This document shows, piece by piece, positions 1 through 9,427 of a stretch of DNA of 64,000 nt. The notes under the pieces are model-generated. The model did no database searches. It was not told the origin of the DNA and was given only the letters and a program-made list of their open reading frames with translations. The number at the start of each line of letters is the position of its first letter. The stretch's first letter is position 1. This DNA is from Bacteroidota bacterium (GTDB lineage: Bacteria > Bacteroidota > Bacteroidia > B-17B0 > Aurantibacillaceae): NCBI GenBank assembly GCA_025363015.1, contig JANYEQ010000069.1, forward strand, positions 16,344 through 80,343, read 5' to 3'. Both the position numbers and the translations under genes were made by a program.

Positions 1-1
1 T

Positions 2-802
2 AATTCGGTAAGCTACGATTCTACCTACAAGCATCTTTATTTAAACTGTCGCGATTTTAACCGTATTATTAAAATTGATAAAATTTCAAAAAAAATAATA
101 GCAGAGTATGGCCAAAAATTAACTGCAGCTGATGTAAAAGTTTTTGAAACAAATTTATTTTCACGGCAGCACGATGTAAAACCAATAGCAACAAACGAAC
201 TTTTATTATTTAATAACGGAGAAGAAACCGATAAGGGCAAAAGCAATGTGATAAGGATTTTATTACCACAAAATAAAAAACAAACAGTAAAAACAACCTG
301 GGAACTAGATTTAGATATTGATACTATAGCCCCTGGTAAAGCTACTAAGTTTGGTAGTGCTGAATTACTTAGTAACGGCAATTATTTAATAGGGGGGGGC
401 ACTAATGGCCGTATATTAGAAGTAACAGCTAACAAAGAGCCTGTGTGGGATTTATTTTTAAAAGCTAAAACATTGCCCATTTTTGATTGGGGCATTTTTG
501 CACAATATAGGGCGTATTACAGCAGTTCGCTCTATCCCTATTATTTTGCGGTTACTCTAAATAAGAATAATACACAAACCCTAAAAATTTTTAATGAGGG
601 TACCAATACCGATAGTTATAAAATTGAGTTTTTTAACTCACTCTCTCTTACGTCAATAAAACCTCAACAAACATTAAATACATCAAATATAAAACCAAAT
701 CATAGTTATGCAATTAATACAAAAAACATAATTTTTAAAAATATAAAAATTACTTCTTTAAATTCAGGCATTACCAAATGGTTAACGTTAAATAATTTCT
801 AA
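2..802 (+). CDS. Aryl-sulfate sulfotransferase (ASST)-like beta-propeller protein, 5'-truncated by the window edge
   Basis: Frame 2 is open from base 2: NSVSYDSTYKHLYLNCRDFNRIIKID...SRQHDVK...LLLFNNGE..., continuing into the ORF-track 248..802 segment (GSAELLSNGNYLIGGG..GRILEVT). NSV, QHD, LLFxNG and LxNGNxLI are recurrent ASST motifs. Confidence 0.75.
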   Translation, partial: NSVSYDSTYKHLYLNCRDFNRIIKIDKISKKIIAEYGQKLTAADVKVFETNLFSRQHDVKPIATNELLLFNNGEETDKGKSNVIRILLPQNKKQTVKTTWELDLDIDTIAPGKATKFGSAELLSNGNYLIGGGTNGRILEVTANKEPVWDLFLKAKTLPIFDWGIFAQYRAYYSSSLYPYYFAVTLNKNNTQTLKIFNEGTNTDSYKIEFFNSLSLTSIKPQQTLNTSNIKPNHSYAINTKNIIFKNIKITSLNSGITKWLTLNNF

Positions 803-826
803 CTCGAAATTTAAAATGATAGTGCT

Positions 827-859
827 ATTGTATTAAAAAATAAATTTTAGCTATATTTG
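827..859 (+). promoter_or_regulatory. Bacteroidota primary-sigma promoter (-33 ATTG, -7 TATATTTG)
   Basis: ATTG at 827-830, a 21-nt spacer and TATATTTG at 852-859, 27 nt before the ATG at 887. Matches the TTTG-N19-21-TAnnTTTG consensus. Confidence 0.6.
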
Positions 860-886
860 TTTCGTAACCATTAAAAAAACTATAAT

Positions 887-1513
887 ATGAAAAAAATTTA
901 CGCATCAATTTTAACAACCTTATTTTATACGGCAGCAAAAGCCTCATGGACAATAACAATTTTTGGCACATCTTACTCACCGCCAACATTAACCGTAAAC
1001 CCAGGAGAAGTAATTACAATACAAGCATCCGCCTCTCACTCGTTAGCCGAGGTTAGTGCTACAACGTGGGGAGTAAATGGCACAACCCCATTAGGTGGCG
1101 GTTTTGGTGTAAAAACTGCAAATTATACCTTTACTGCATCAACATTAGGTACAATTTATTATGTATGTCAAAATCATGTAGCTAGTATGGGTATGAAAGG
1201 AACAATTACAGTAGTAGCTCCTACCGGCTTAACATCGCAAAGTTTATTAAATCAAAACATTGTGTTGTTTCCTAACCCAGTTAAAAACGAAATTAAATTT
1301 ACAATTCCTTCCTCAATATTAAATGTAGATTTAAAATTAACATCTATTACGGGTTTGCAAATTAATGTAGGTACCCATAATAATGTAACTACTTTAGGCG
1401 AATATGCCACACACACCCTATTCTTACAAGATGCAATTGCTAACGGTATTTATTTATTAGAAATTACTTCAGGTAAAGAAAAACTATACAAAAAGCTAGT
1501 AATTACAAATTAA
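887..1513 (+). CDS. Plastocyanin-like cupredoxin (type-1 copper) with T9SS C-terminal sorting domain
   Basis: Signal peptide; TLTVNPGEVITI; His in ASHSL; YYVCQNHVASMGMKGTITV (C-x2-H-x5-M); C-terminal LFPNPVKNEI...NGIYLLEI...KKLVIT is a T9SS type A CTD. Confidence 0.85.
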   Translation: MKKIYASILTTLFYTAAKASWTITIFGTSYSPPTLTVNPGEVITIQASASHSLAEVSATTWGVNGTTPLGGGFGVKTANYTFTASTLGTIYYVCQNHVASMGMKGTITVVAPTGLTSQSLLNQNIVLFPNPVKNEIKFTIPSSILNVDLKLTSITGLQINVGTHNNVTTLGEYATHTLFLQDAIANGIYLLEITSGKEKLYKKLVITN

Positions 1514-1547
1514 GAGGTATCCTTAACAAGTCATACTTTATACTAAA

Positions 1548-3035
1548 ATGGCATTAAGGCAATCGCAAAATTTAAAACTTTCGCAAAAATTATTGCCGCA
1601 ACAAATTTTATTAATGAAATTGTTGCAGTTGCCTACCCTTGCTTTAGAAGAACGTATTAAAGAAGAGTTAGAACTTAACCCAGCATTGGATGAAGATAGC
1701 GATAGCGCTACTGAAGAAGAACTTTACGAAAATACAGATACCGAAACTATTGAAGAAGAAGTTGACGATAATGGCGATGTAATAAAAGACGAAGCCGTTT
1801 CTGAAACAAACGATGTGGATATGGAAGACTATATGGCCGTCGAAGAGTTAGATGCCTATAAATACGAAATAAGCAATAAAGGAGCCGATGACGAAACCCG
1901 CGAATTTGTGGTTGTAGAAGGTTTGGGTTTTCAAGAATTGTTAGAACAACAATTAGGCTTACGCGATATTACCGAAACCGAATATACCATTGGCACTTAC
2001 CTTATTGGCTGTATGGATGAAGATGGCTATATTAGGCGGGATTTAGAACTAATTATTGACGATTTAGCCTTTAATTATAACTTAACAGTTACCTTAATCG
2101 AAATTGAAAATGTTTTAAAAATAATTCATACGTTTGACCCTCCTGGCGTTGGTGCACGGAGTTTACAAGAATGTTTATTAATACAACTAAACCGTAAACC
2201 ACTAAAAACGCGCGAAGTAACGCAAGCCATTGAAGTTGTAAAACATCACATGGAAGAATTTAGTAAAAAACATTACGAAAAAATTTTAAAACGTTTGGGC
2301 ATTGATAACGAAGAATTAAAAGATATTATCGATGAAATAAAACACCTTAACCCAAGGCCCGGAAATAACGATAGTAAAGAAAACACATCTAGCGAAGTAA
2401 TACCCGATTTTATTGTTAATGTAAGTGATGGCAAGCCTGAATTAAGTATTAACGGCCGTAATCTACCTGATTTAAAAATTAGTAAAGATTATATTGAAAT
2501 GCTTAAAGAGTACTCTAAAAATAAAGACAAAAACGCAAAAGAAGCTACTGGTTTTATAAAAAGTAAAATAGAAAGCGCCGAATGGTTTATTGATGCTTTA
2601 AAGCAACGTTATGCCACCTTGGCTTTGTGTATGAATTGTATTTTAGAAGTACAAGACGAGTATTTTATTACTGGCGATGAAAGTAAACTAAAACCCATGA
2701 TTTTAAAAGATATTGCTACGCGGGTAAATTTAGATTTATCAACCGTTTCGAGGGTAGCTAATAGCAAATATGTACAAACACCGTATGGCACATTTTTATT
2801 AAAAACATTTTTTAGCGAAAGCATGAGTACCGATAGTGGCGAAGAAGTAAGTAGTCGCGAAATAAAAGATATTTTAAAATACCATATTGATAACGAAGAT
2901 AAACAACACCCCTTAACCGACGATGAATTATGTAAAAAATTAACCCAAAAAGGGTATAACATTGCTCGCCGTACGGTTGCTAAATACCGCGAACAACTTG
3001 ATATACCCGTAGGAAGAATGAGACGAGAGGCCTAA
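1548..3035 (+). CDS. rpoN: RNA polymerase sigma-54 factor
   Basis: Gln/Leu-rich region I (LSQKLLPQQILLMKLLQLP), DPPGVGARSLQECL, HTH LDLSTVSRV and RpoN box ARRTVAKYRE. Confidence 0.97.
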   Translation: MALRQSQNLKLSQKLLPQQILLMKLLQLPTLALEERIKEELELNPALDEDSDSATEEELYENTDTETIEEEVDDNGDVIKDEAVSETNDVDMEDYMAVEELDAYKYEISNKGADDETREFVVVEGLGFQELLEQQLGLRDITETEYTIGTYLIGCMDEDGYIRRDLELIIDDLAFNYNLTVTLIEIENVLKIIHTFDPPGVGARSLQECLLIQLNRKPLKTREVTQAIEVVKHHMEEFSKKHYEKILKRLGIDNEELKDIIDEIKHLNPRPGNNDSKENTSSEVIPDFIVNVSDGKPELSINGRNLPDLKISKDYIEMLKEYSKNKDKNAKEATGFIKSKIESAEWFIDALKQRYATLALCMNCILEVQDEYFITGDESKLKPMILKDIATRVNLDLSTVSRVANSKYVQTPYGTFLLKTFFSESMSTDSGEEVSSREIKDILKYHIDNEDKQHPLTDDELCKKLTQKGYNIARRTVAKYREQLDIPVGRMRREA

Positions 3036-3324
3036 AAAATAAAATAAATACAGGTAGTAGGATTAAAAGAAAAAGTGAAAACTCACAATACCTACCTTTC
3101 TTGCAAAACAAACACCTCTAAATTTATAAACACTACTATTTACAATTACTATTCTTTATTTTCAAAATATTAATTTAAACACAGCAAAATCAACACTTTT
3201 ACGTATTTGTTTTAAACATAAAAAGTATTTTTACAAATTTACATAATCAGTAGTCATAAATTATTTATCTTTACTGCCATAACAATTAGCCCAATAGCTA
3301 ATTACCACATTAACTCCTAATTAT

Positions 3325-4584
3325 ATGAAAGATATATTCGATAAAATTAAAGCCAATATGGGTCCCATTGGCGATCATGCCAAAGAATCTCATGGTTATT
3401 TTACCTTCCCAAAATTAACAGGCGATATTAACCCGCACATGGATTTTAGAGGGAAAAAATTACTAAACTGGAGTTTAAATAACTATTTAGGCCTTGCCAA
3501 CCATCCTGAAGTGAGAAAAACCGATACCGAAGGTGCCGAAAAATTTGGTTTAGCAGCCCCAATGGGCGCACGGATGATGAGCGGAAATTCTGATTACCAC
3601 GAAGATTTAGAAAAAGGATTATCAACATTAGTACAAAAAGAAGATACCATACTTTGCAACTTTGGTTATCAAGCAGTAGTTAGCGCTATTGATGCTATTG
3701 TGGATCGCCACGATGTAATTGTATATGATGCCGAAAGCCATGCTTGTATTTTAGATGGTGTGCGCTTACACATGGGCAAACGCTATGTATTTAAACACAA
3801 CGATATTGAAGATTTTGAAAAGCAAATGGTTCGCGCTACTAAATTAGCAGAAACCACCGGCGGTGCTATTTTAGTAATAACCGAAGGTGTTTTTGGTATG
3901 CGTGGCGACCAAGGAAAATTGAAAGAAATTATTGATTTAAAGAAAAAATTTTCTTTCCGTTTATTTGTAGATGATGCTCATGGCGTAGGAACTATGGGGC
4001 CAAATGGTGGTGGCACAGGCGAAGAACAACATTGCCAAGATGGAATAGATATTTACTTTGGCACCTTTGCAAAATCATTTGCCTTAATTGGTGGCTTTTT
4101 AAGTTCTAATAAAGAAATTATTACTTTTTTACGTTATAACATGCGTTCGCAAATTTTTGCAAAAAGTCTGCCATTGCCTTTAGTATACGGCTTATTAAAA
4201 CGCTTAGAGTTATTAAACAAACACCCAGAGTACCGCACTAAATTATGGGAAATAGCCAACAGCCTTCAAAAAGGCTTGGTAAATGCTGGTTTTAATATTG
4301 GCGATACTAATACTATGGTAACGCCCGTATACATGAATGGCTCTATACCCGAAGCTACCAATATGGTAATTGATTTACGCGAAAATTTTGGCATTTTTTG
4401 TTCTATGGTTGTTTACCCAGTAATACCAAAAGGAATGATTATTTTACGCCTAATACCAACAGCCACACATACACAAGAAGATGTAAAATATACCATAGAA
4501 TCGTTTAGTAAAATAAAAGATAAATTATATGGTGGCGTGTACAAAGCCGATAAAATTAGAGAAGGATTTTCGCAAGCATTATAA
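3325..4584 (+). CDS. PLP-dependent alpha-oxoamine synthase (serine palmitoyltransferase / 8-amino-7-oxononanoate synthase-like)
   Basis: NNYLGLANHP, DAESHACILDG, VDDAHGVG and the PLP-lysine motif GTFAKSF. Substrate cannot be determined from sequence. Confidence 0.85.
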   Translation: MKDIFDKIKANMGPIGDHAKESHGYFTFPKLTGDINPHMDFRGKKLLNWSLNNYLGLANHPEVRKTDTEGAEKFGLAAPMGARMMSGNSDYHEDLEKGLSTLVQKEDTILCNFGYQAVVSAIDAIVDRHDVIVYDAESHACILDGVRLHMGKRYVFKHNDIEDFEKQMVRATKLAETTGGAILVITEGVFGMRGDQGKLKEIIDLKKKFSFRLFVDDAHGVGTMGPNGGGTGEEQHCQDGIDIYFGTFAKSFALIGGFLSSNKEIITFLRYNMRSQIFAKSLPLPLVYGLLKRLELLNKHPEYRTKLWEIANSLQKGLVNAGFNIGDTNTMVTPVYMNGSIPEATNMVIDLRENFGIFCSMVVYPVIPKGMIILRLIPTATHTQEDVKYTIESFSKIKDKLYGGVYKADKIREGFSQAL

Positions 4585-4757
4585 AAAAGTGTTTTTTAAA
4601 GTATTAAAATCCTTTTCTTTCATCGAAAAAAAAGAACGCTTTGTCTAAAATATAGCCTTAGTAACACGTATTGTTGAAAAGTATAACCCTTAAATGGTTT
4701 GAATTACAAAACTAATTTCCTAGCTTTATGATAACCAATTTTTTAACTTAACTAAAA

Positions 4758-5663
4758 ATGAATTTAAAATTTATAGCTGTTATTATTGTTTTTGCAACCA
4801 ATTCAATAATTGGCCAAGTTGTAGCACAAACATTTGAGTTAATGCCAAACTCTAAAGATACTATTAACTTTGTAGATGTTGTTGGTAGAAAGCAAGGTAA
4901 ATGGGTATTATTTGGTAAACACAAACAAAATGCCTGTTATGCCCCCACCCAAAAAGCCGAAGAAGGTGCCTATAAAGAAAATCGTAAAATAGGTATTTGG
5001 ATGGAATACTTTTGTAATGGAAATACAAAAAACAAAGTAACCTTTGTAAATGGTAGACCAGATGGTTATGCTATTATTTATCACGAAAACGGAAAAGTAG
5101 AAGAAGAAGGACAATGGAAAAATAACCGTTGGGTAGGTACGTTTAAACAATATTATGCCAATGGCGAAGTGCAACACGAGTTTAAGTTTAACGAAAGTGG
5201 TAAACGCGAAGGTGAGCAAGTTTATAAATTTGAAAACGGTAAAACTGCCGTTAAAGGTAATTTTGTAAATGGTAAAGAAACTGGTGTAATTACTGAATAT
5301 CACGAAAATGGCGATTTAAAGGCCGAAAAAACCTTTAATAACGGTAGCGTAGATGTAAACTCTATAAAAACTTACGACCCTAAAAAAGAATTTGTAAAAA
5401 AATCGGATGTTCCAACAGATGCTGCCCCAAAATTAGCTTTAAAAGCTGATGAGAAACCTGCAGATGCGGCAAAACAACCTTTAGTATTAAATGGCAAGCA
5501 TACTTTGTACAATGCTAACAAGCAAGTAACTAAAGATGGCGATTTTAAAAACAATCAGTTTTTAACAGGCAAAGCCTATATTTATAACGAAAACGGTATT
5601 TTAACCCGTGTAGCCATATACAAAAATGGTGTTTATGCTGGCGACGGTGTAATTGAAAATTAA
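4758..5663 (+). CDS. Exported MORN-variant repeat protein (YwqK-like repeat family)
   Basis: Signal peptide followed by repeated YxENG/YxNG...GxxKN units (YHENGKVEEEGQWKNN, YYANGEV, FENGK, YHENGDL, YNENGIL). Confidence 0.8.
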   Translation: MNLKFIAVIIVFATNSIIGQVVAQTFELMPNSKDTINFVDVVGRKQGKWVLFGKHKQNACYAPTQKAEEGAYKENRKIGIWMEYFCNGNTKNKVTFVNGRPDGYAIIYHENGKVEEEGQWKNNRWVGTFKQYYANGEVQHEFKFNESGKREGEQVYKFENGKTAVKGNFVNGKETGVITEYHENGDLKAEKTFNNGSVDVNSIKTYDPKKEFVKKSDVPTDAAPKLALKADEKPADAAKQPLVLNGKHTLYNANKQVTKDGDFKNNQFLTGKAYIYNENGILTRVAIYKNGVYAGDGVIEN

Positions 5664-5774
5664 TAAGTATATTTCTTATTGTTGTTTATCGTTTATACTA
5701 AAACTATAAAGTCAACGTATGTTTCTTTTAATAAATTTTATCAAAGCCAATTAAATAATAATTAAAAATAAAGT

Positions 5775-6482
5775 ATGAGAAAAAATCTATCTATCATAGC
5801 ATTAATTTTATTAACCACACTTGCAATTTCTCAAAACAAAAAACATAAATACGAAATAAGTATTGGTAGTTATATGCAAAATTATAATGGCAATTTAGGA
5901 AACAGTTTTTTTAAATTTAATACAACTTGTTTTGCTGGTATAAATACAACCTTTGGCATGTATTTAAATAAATCGTTTGATTTTAATATTGGCGGTTCTA
6001 TTGGTCATTTTGGATACTGTCAAACAGAAGCTGATGCAAACAGAGTAGTATCTCTTAACCAAAGATGTCCTGGCTGCACAGATAGGCTTGGGATGGGGGA
6101 ATTAAGATCATTAATGATATCTGGAAATGTTGCCATTAAGTATAAGTTTGCAAATAACATTATATTTAAAGAAAACTCAAAACTTGCGCCTTATATTTAT
6201 TTAGGAATTGGTGTAAATCGTTTATCAGATAATATGAAAAGGCAATGCGTTAATGTTGGTACACACCTTACATTAAATAGCGGCGCAGGTATAAAATATA
6301 ATATAAACGAAAGATTTAATATTGGATACAACTTAGCTATTGGATATTTTATTTCTAAAAAAGTATATTACACAAATGCACTTGCTTCTGACTCTAAAAA
6401 CATGGACGCGGATGATTTAAAAATTGAGAGGAGGAAAGATATGTATATGCAAAATGCCATAACTTTTGGAATAAACTTTTAA
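5775..6482 (+). CDS. Outer-membrane beta-barrel protein with Cys-rich loop
   Basis: Signal peptide, alternating amphipathic strands (APYIYLGIG, GAGIKYNINERFNIGYN), terminal Phe (ITFGINF) and a loop CPGC. Confidence 0.7.
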   Translation: MRKNLSIIALILLTTLAISQNKKHKYEISIGSYMQNYNGNLGNSFFKFNTTCFAGINTTFGMYLNKSFDFNIGGSIGHFGYCQTEADANRVVSLNQRCPGCTDRLGMGELRSLMISGNVAIKYKFANNIIFKENSKLAPYIYLGIGVNRLSDNMKRQCVNVGTHLTLNSGAGIKYNINERFNIGYNLAIGYFISKKVYYTNALASDSKNMDADDLKIERRKDMYMQNAITFGINF

Positions 6483-6498
6483 CTATAAATTGAGTTTT

Positions 6499-6520
6499 AA
6501 TAGATAAATTTTTATCTATT
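6499..6520. terminator. Perfect AT-rich inverted repeat between convergent genes (possible bidirectional terminator)
   Basis: AATAGATAAA-TT-TTTATCTATT lies between stops at 6482 (+) and 6544 (-). Confidence 0.45.
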
Positions 6521-6543
6521 TCATAATACGTAATTTAATCCTT

Positions 6544-8274
6544 CTAAAATTCGTTCCATTTATCAAAAGCTAATTTATTTTGTGCAGTAGCATTTGGGTT
6601 TAATTTTAATTTAGGGTTAAAAAAGTAAGTAGTTCCTTTTTTATCTTTTTGTAAAATTAATGTTTTAAGTTGCCCATTACTATTTACAGTTAAAGTAATT
6701 TCAGCATCATCAATAAAATAGTGTAACCAATTATTACAATTATCTTTTAATAAAATAGTATTTATAGCTATAATTTCGTCGTTAGCAAACAAACCTGCTT
6801 TCCAGGCCGGAGAGTAAGGCGCCACTGAGGTTACTTTTGCAGAATGATGTAAATCGGAGGTTACCTTAAATCCAAAACAATTATCGGCCGTATGGGGGTT
6901 ATTATCTTTACTAAATTCTATACCTAAATAATTAAAACATTGTTGCAATGGTTTTTCGTAATCGTTGGGTGTATAAACGTAATCAGTAAAAAATGCAGTA
7001 AAATCTTTCTCAGCTACTTCGCTTACTAAATTAATAATATCTTGCTCGGCATAGCCTTTGTGTTGCTTACCAAAGCGTTGGTAAAGCAAAACGCACACAT
7101 CACGCAAAGATTTTTTATTTTGAGTGGCTTCTAAAATTTTTACGTCTAACATAAATGCAATTAAACTTCCTTCGTCGTAAATGCTTGTTTTACGATAGGG
7201 CACGCCAGGCACATAACCATCTAACCAATTATCCCAGCTACTATCTGCCACACTTAAATTGTAACGCCCATAATTATGAAAATGTTTTGTTAAGCGTTCT
7301 TCTATGGTTTTAAAATATTGTTCTAAACTAAAAACAGAGCTGCTAAATAATAATTTATCACCATAATAAGTTGTGAAACCTTCGTAAACATAGCCCGTGC
7401 GTGCATAATTTTCTTTACTATAATTATATGGTAACATCTCGATTGGCCTAATAAATTTAATATTCCAGCAATGAAATAATTCGTGACAACTCACTCCCAA
7501 TACATCTTCATAGGTATCGTTGCTATTTATAGCATAGCCTGGGCCAATTGCTACCACCGTATTTTTTTGATGTTCAACTCCATGATAAAACTTATGCGTT
7601 AATATTTGAAACAAAAAATGGTATTCGTTAACTGGGCAATCACCCCAAAAATCAATCATTTTTTGTGTAAAGGCGCTAAAATTTTTTGTATATAATTTTA
7701 AATTTGGTTTACAAATACCATTAAAATGTAAATAAAATGTAGTTTGATTGACAATATAACTAAAGGTTTGTATATCTGCCGATGCTATAAATGGTGAATC
7801 TACCAATTCTTCATAATTTTGTGCAACTAAGGTATTTTTAGTTACAGGCAGCGATGTGGCAATTTTATAGTTTTGGGGTATTTGTAATTCAACACTATGC
7901 TCTTCAAGTGCTTTACCTACCACCTGCATACAACAATGCACCGGATTAATATAAAGTTGTTGTGTGTCTGCAAAACACGCGCCAGCATTTAACTCAGCAG
8001 CGTAATAGCTATATGTAACTTTTAATTGCTTACAATTTTTGGTATTAATTTGCCAAACATCTTTAGTTGTTTTTGTATAAGATAGCGCTTCGTTATTTTC
8101 GTTAAAAGCATCAACACGTTTAATATTTTTAGAAAAATTTCCAAGCTCGTACCTACCTGGTCGCCATGCTGCTAATGCTAATTCAGTAACATCATTACTA
8201 ATGTCATCTATAGTTAAATCAATATATACATAATGTGAAGCTGGATTTTTTTGATAAAATAAGTAATGAATCAT
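6544..8274 (-). CDS. M61 family glycyl aminopeptidase with PDZ domain
   Basis: WRPGRYE N-terminal motif, GVEH, zinc motif HELFHCWN, YEGFTTYY, IYDEG, and C-terminal PDZ-like SVAPYSPAWKAGLFANDEIIAIN. Confidence 0.9.
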   Translation of the reverse strand: MIHYLFYQKNPASHYVYIDLTIDDISNDVTELALAAWRPGRYELGNFSKNIKRVDAFNENNEALSYTKTTKDVWQINTKNCKQLKVTYSYYAAELNAGACFADTQQLYINPVHCCMQVVGKALEEHSVELQIPQNYKIATSLPVTKNTLVAQNYEELVDSPFIASADIQTFSYIVNQTTFYLHFNGICKPNLKLYTKNFSAFTQKMIDFWGDCPVNEYHFLFQILTHKFYHGVEHQKNTVVAIGPGYAINSNDTYEDVLGVSCHELFHCWNIKFIRPIEMLPYNYSKENYARTGYVYEGFTTYYGDKLLFSSSVFSLEQYFKTIEERLTKHFHNYGRYNLSVADSSWDNWLDGYVPGVPYRKTSIYDEGSLIAFMLDVKILEATQNKKSLRDVCVLLYQRFGKQHKGYAEQDIINLVSEVAEKDFTAFFTDYVYTPNDYEKPLQQCFNYLGIEFSKDNNPHTADNCFGFKVTSDLHHSAKVTSVAPYSPAWKAGLFANDEIIAINTILLKDNCNNWLHYFIDDAEITLTVNSNGQLKTLILQKDKKGTTYFFNPKLKLNPNATAQNKLAFDKWNEF

Positions 8275-8323
8275 ATTAAAATACTATTTAAAATTTGGAA
8301 TAAATTTATATATTTGAAACGAG

Positions 8324-9427
8324 GTGAAGCCACTATTTATACTTTTATTTTTAATTAACTTATTAAACATTAAGTCGCAAAACTACGACTCGTTACTTAC
8401 GATAGCTAATAATTTTAAAAATGATAGCGATAAGGTTAATTTATTTTACGAAGAAGGATTTGAAAAACGAACCATTGATATACAATACAGCTACCAATGC
8501 GCCAAACAGGCGGAGTATTTTGCTCAAAAATTAAGTATGCCTTATTACACGGCCAAAGCAAATAATTTATTAGGTATTTTATATTATCGTAAAGGCGATT
8601 TAAAAACCGCTCTTTCTTATCATAAAATTGCATTAAATCTGCGCACTATTATACACGATAAAAAAGGTATTGGTTTAAGCGAAGCTAATTTAGGTAATAT
8701 ATATACTGATTTACACCAATATAAACTTGCCGAACAGTCTTATTTAAAAGCATTAGAAATAAATAATGATTTAAATAACCAAAAACAAATTGCAAATACG
8801 CTTTTAAATTTAGGCGCTTTAAAAGTTGTAGAAAAAAATTTAGATGCGGCTATATTATACTTTAATAAAGCAATGGATAAGGCCAAAGCAATTAACGATT
8901 ATGAAATACAAGCCCTTTGTTTAAATAACTTGGCAGTAATGCATACTTCTCTTCAACAATACGATAAGGCTATTGCCAATGCACAAAACTCTATTAAATT
9001 AAAATTTATAATGGATAATGAAATTGAAATGGCTGATAGCTATTTAAATATTTCAAATGCCTATATGCATAAAAACGAAACCAACTTAGGTATATTAAAT
9101 TTAAAGATAGCTGATAGTATTATAAATAAATACAATTATACAGCTGCAAAATTACAAGCGTTAATAATTAAATACGATTATTACGAAAAAATAAAAAATT
9201 ACGAATTAGCTTTTAAATATTTAAAAGAACGAAACGCCCTACAGGATAGTATTGATATAATAAACAAAGATTATGATTTAGAAAATAATTTTGTTGACAC
9301 CTTAATACAAGCAACAGATACTAAACTAAAAAAACAAACTGCTACTTATAAAATATATTATTTTTTTGGTTTACTATTTTGTATTGCGGTGATAAGTTTA
9401 TTATTTTTTTTTAAATTTAAACGATGA
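8324..9427 (+). CDS. Periplasmic TPR-repeat protein with C-terminal membrane anchor
   Basis: GTG start, signal peptide, tandem TPRs (NNLLGILYYRKGD, ANLGNIYTDLHQY, LNLGALK, NNLAVMH, LNISNAY), then one TM helix and FKFKR-stop. Confidence 0.85.
   Translation: MKPLFILLFLINLLNIKSQNYDSLLTIANNFKNDSDKVNLFYEEGFEKRTIDIQYSYQCAKQAEYFAQKLSMPYYTAKANNLLGILYYRKGDLKTALSYHKIALNLRTIIHDKKGIGLSEANLGNIYTDLHQYKLAEQSYLKALEINNDLNNQKQIANTLLNLGALKVVEKNLDAAILYFNKAMDKAKAINDYEIQALCLNNLAVMHTSLQQYDKAIANAQNSIKLKFIMDNEIEMADSYLNISNAYMHKNETNLGILNLKIADSIINKYNYTAAKLQALIIKYDYYEKIKNYELAFKYLKERNALQDSIDIINKDYDLENNFVDTLIQATDTKLKKQTATYKIYYFFGLLFCIAVISLLFFFKFKR

Noticed and set aside
37-381. 114-aa minus-strand ORF
   Set aside because: Antisense shadow of the ASST-like frame; no motif.
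2609-2962. Opposite-strand or nested ORFs inside conserved genes (also 4908..5303, 15869..16168, 19443..19790, 29895..30182, 31272..31637, 48897..49484, 51923..52297, 57501..57818, 63118..63489 and others)
   Set aside because: They lie almost wholly within well-supported genes and have no recognisable motifs, as expected of shadow ORFs.
1548-3035. Sigma-54 (-24/-12, TGGCA-N6-TTGC) promoters near rpoN or in other intergenic regions
   Set aside because: Intergenic TGGCA hits (about 14184, 21541, 27953, 33194) lack the downstream TTGC; the scan was by eye only.
4758-5663. Toxin-antitoxin (YwqK antitoxin) interpretation of the MORN-repeat protein
   Set aside because: It has a signal peptide and no adjacent toxin gene; the label would only reflect the repeat family.
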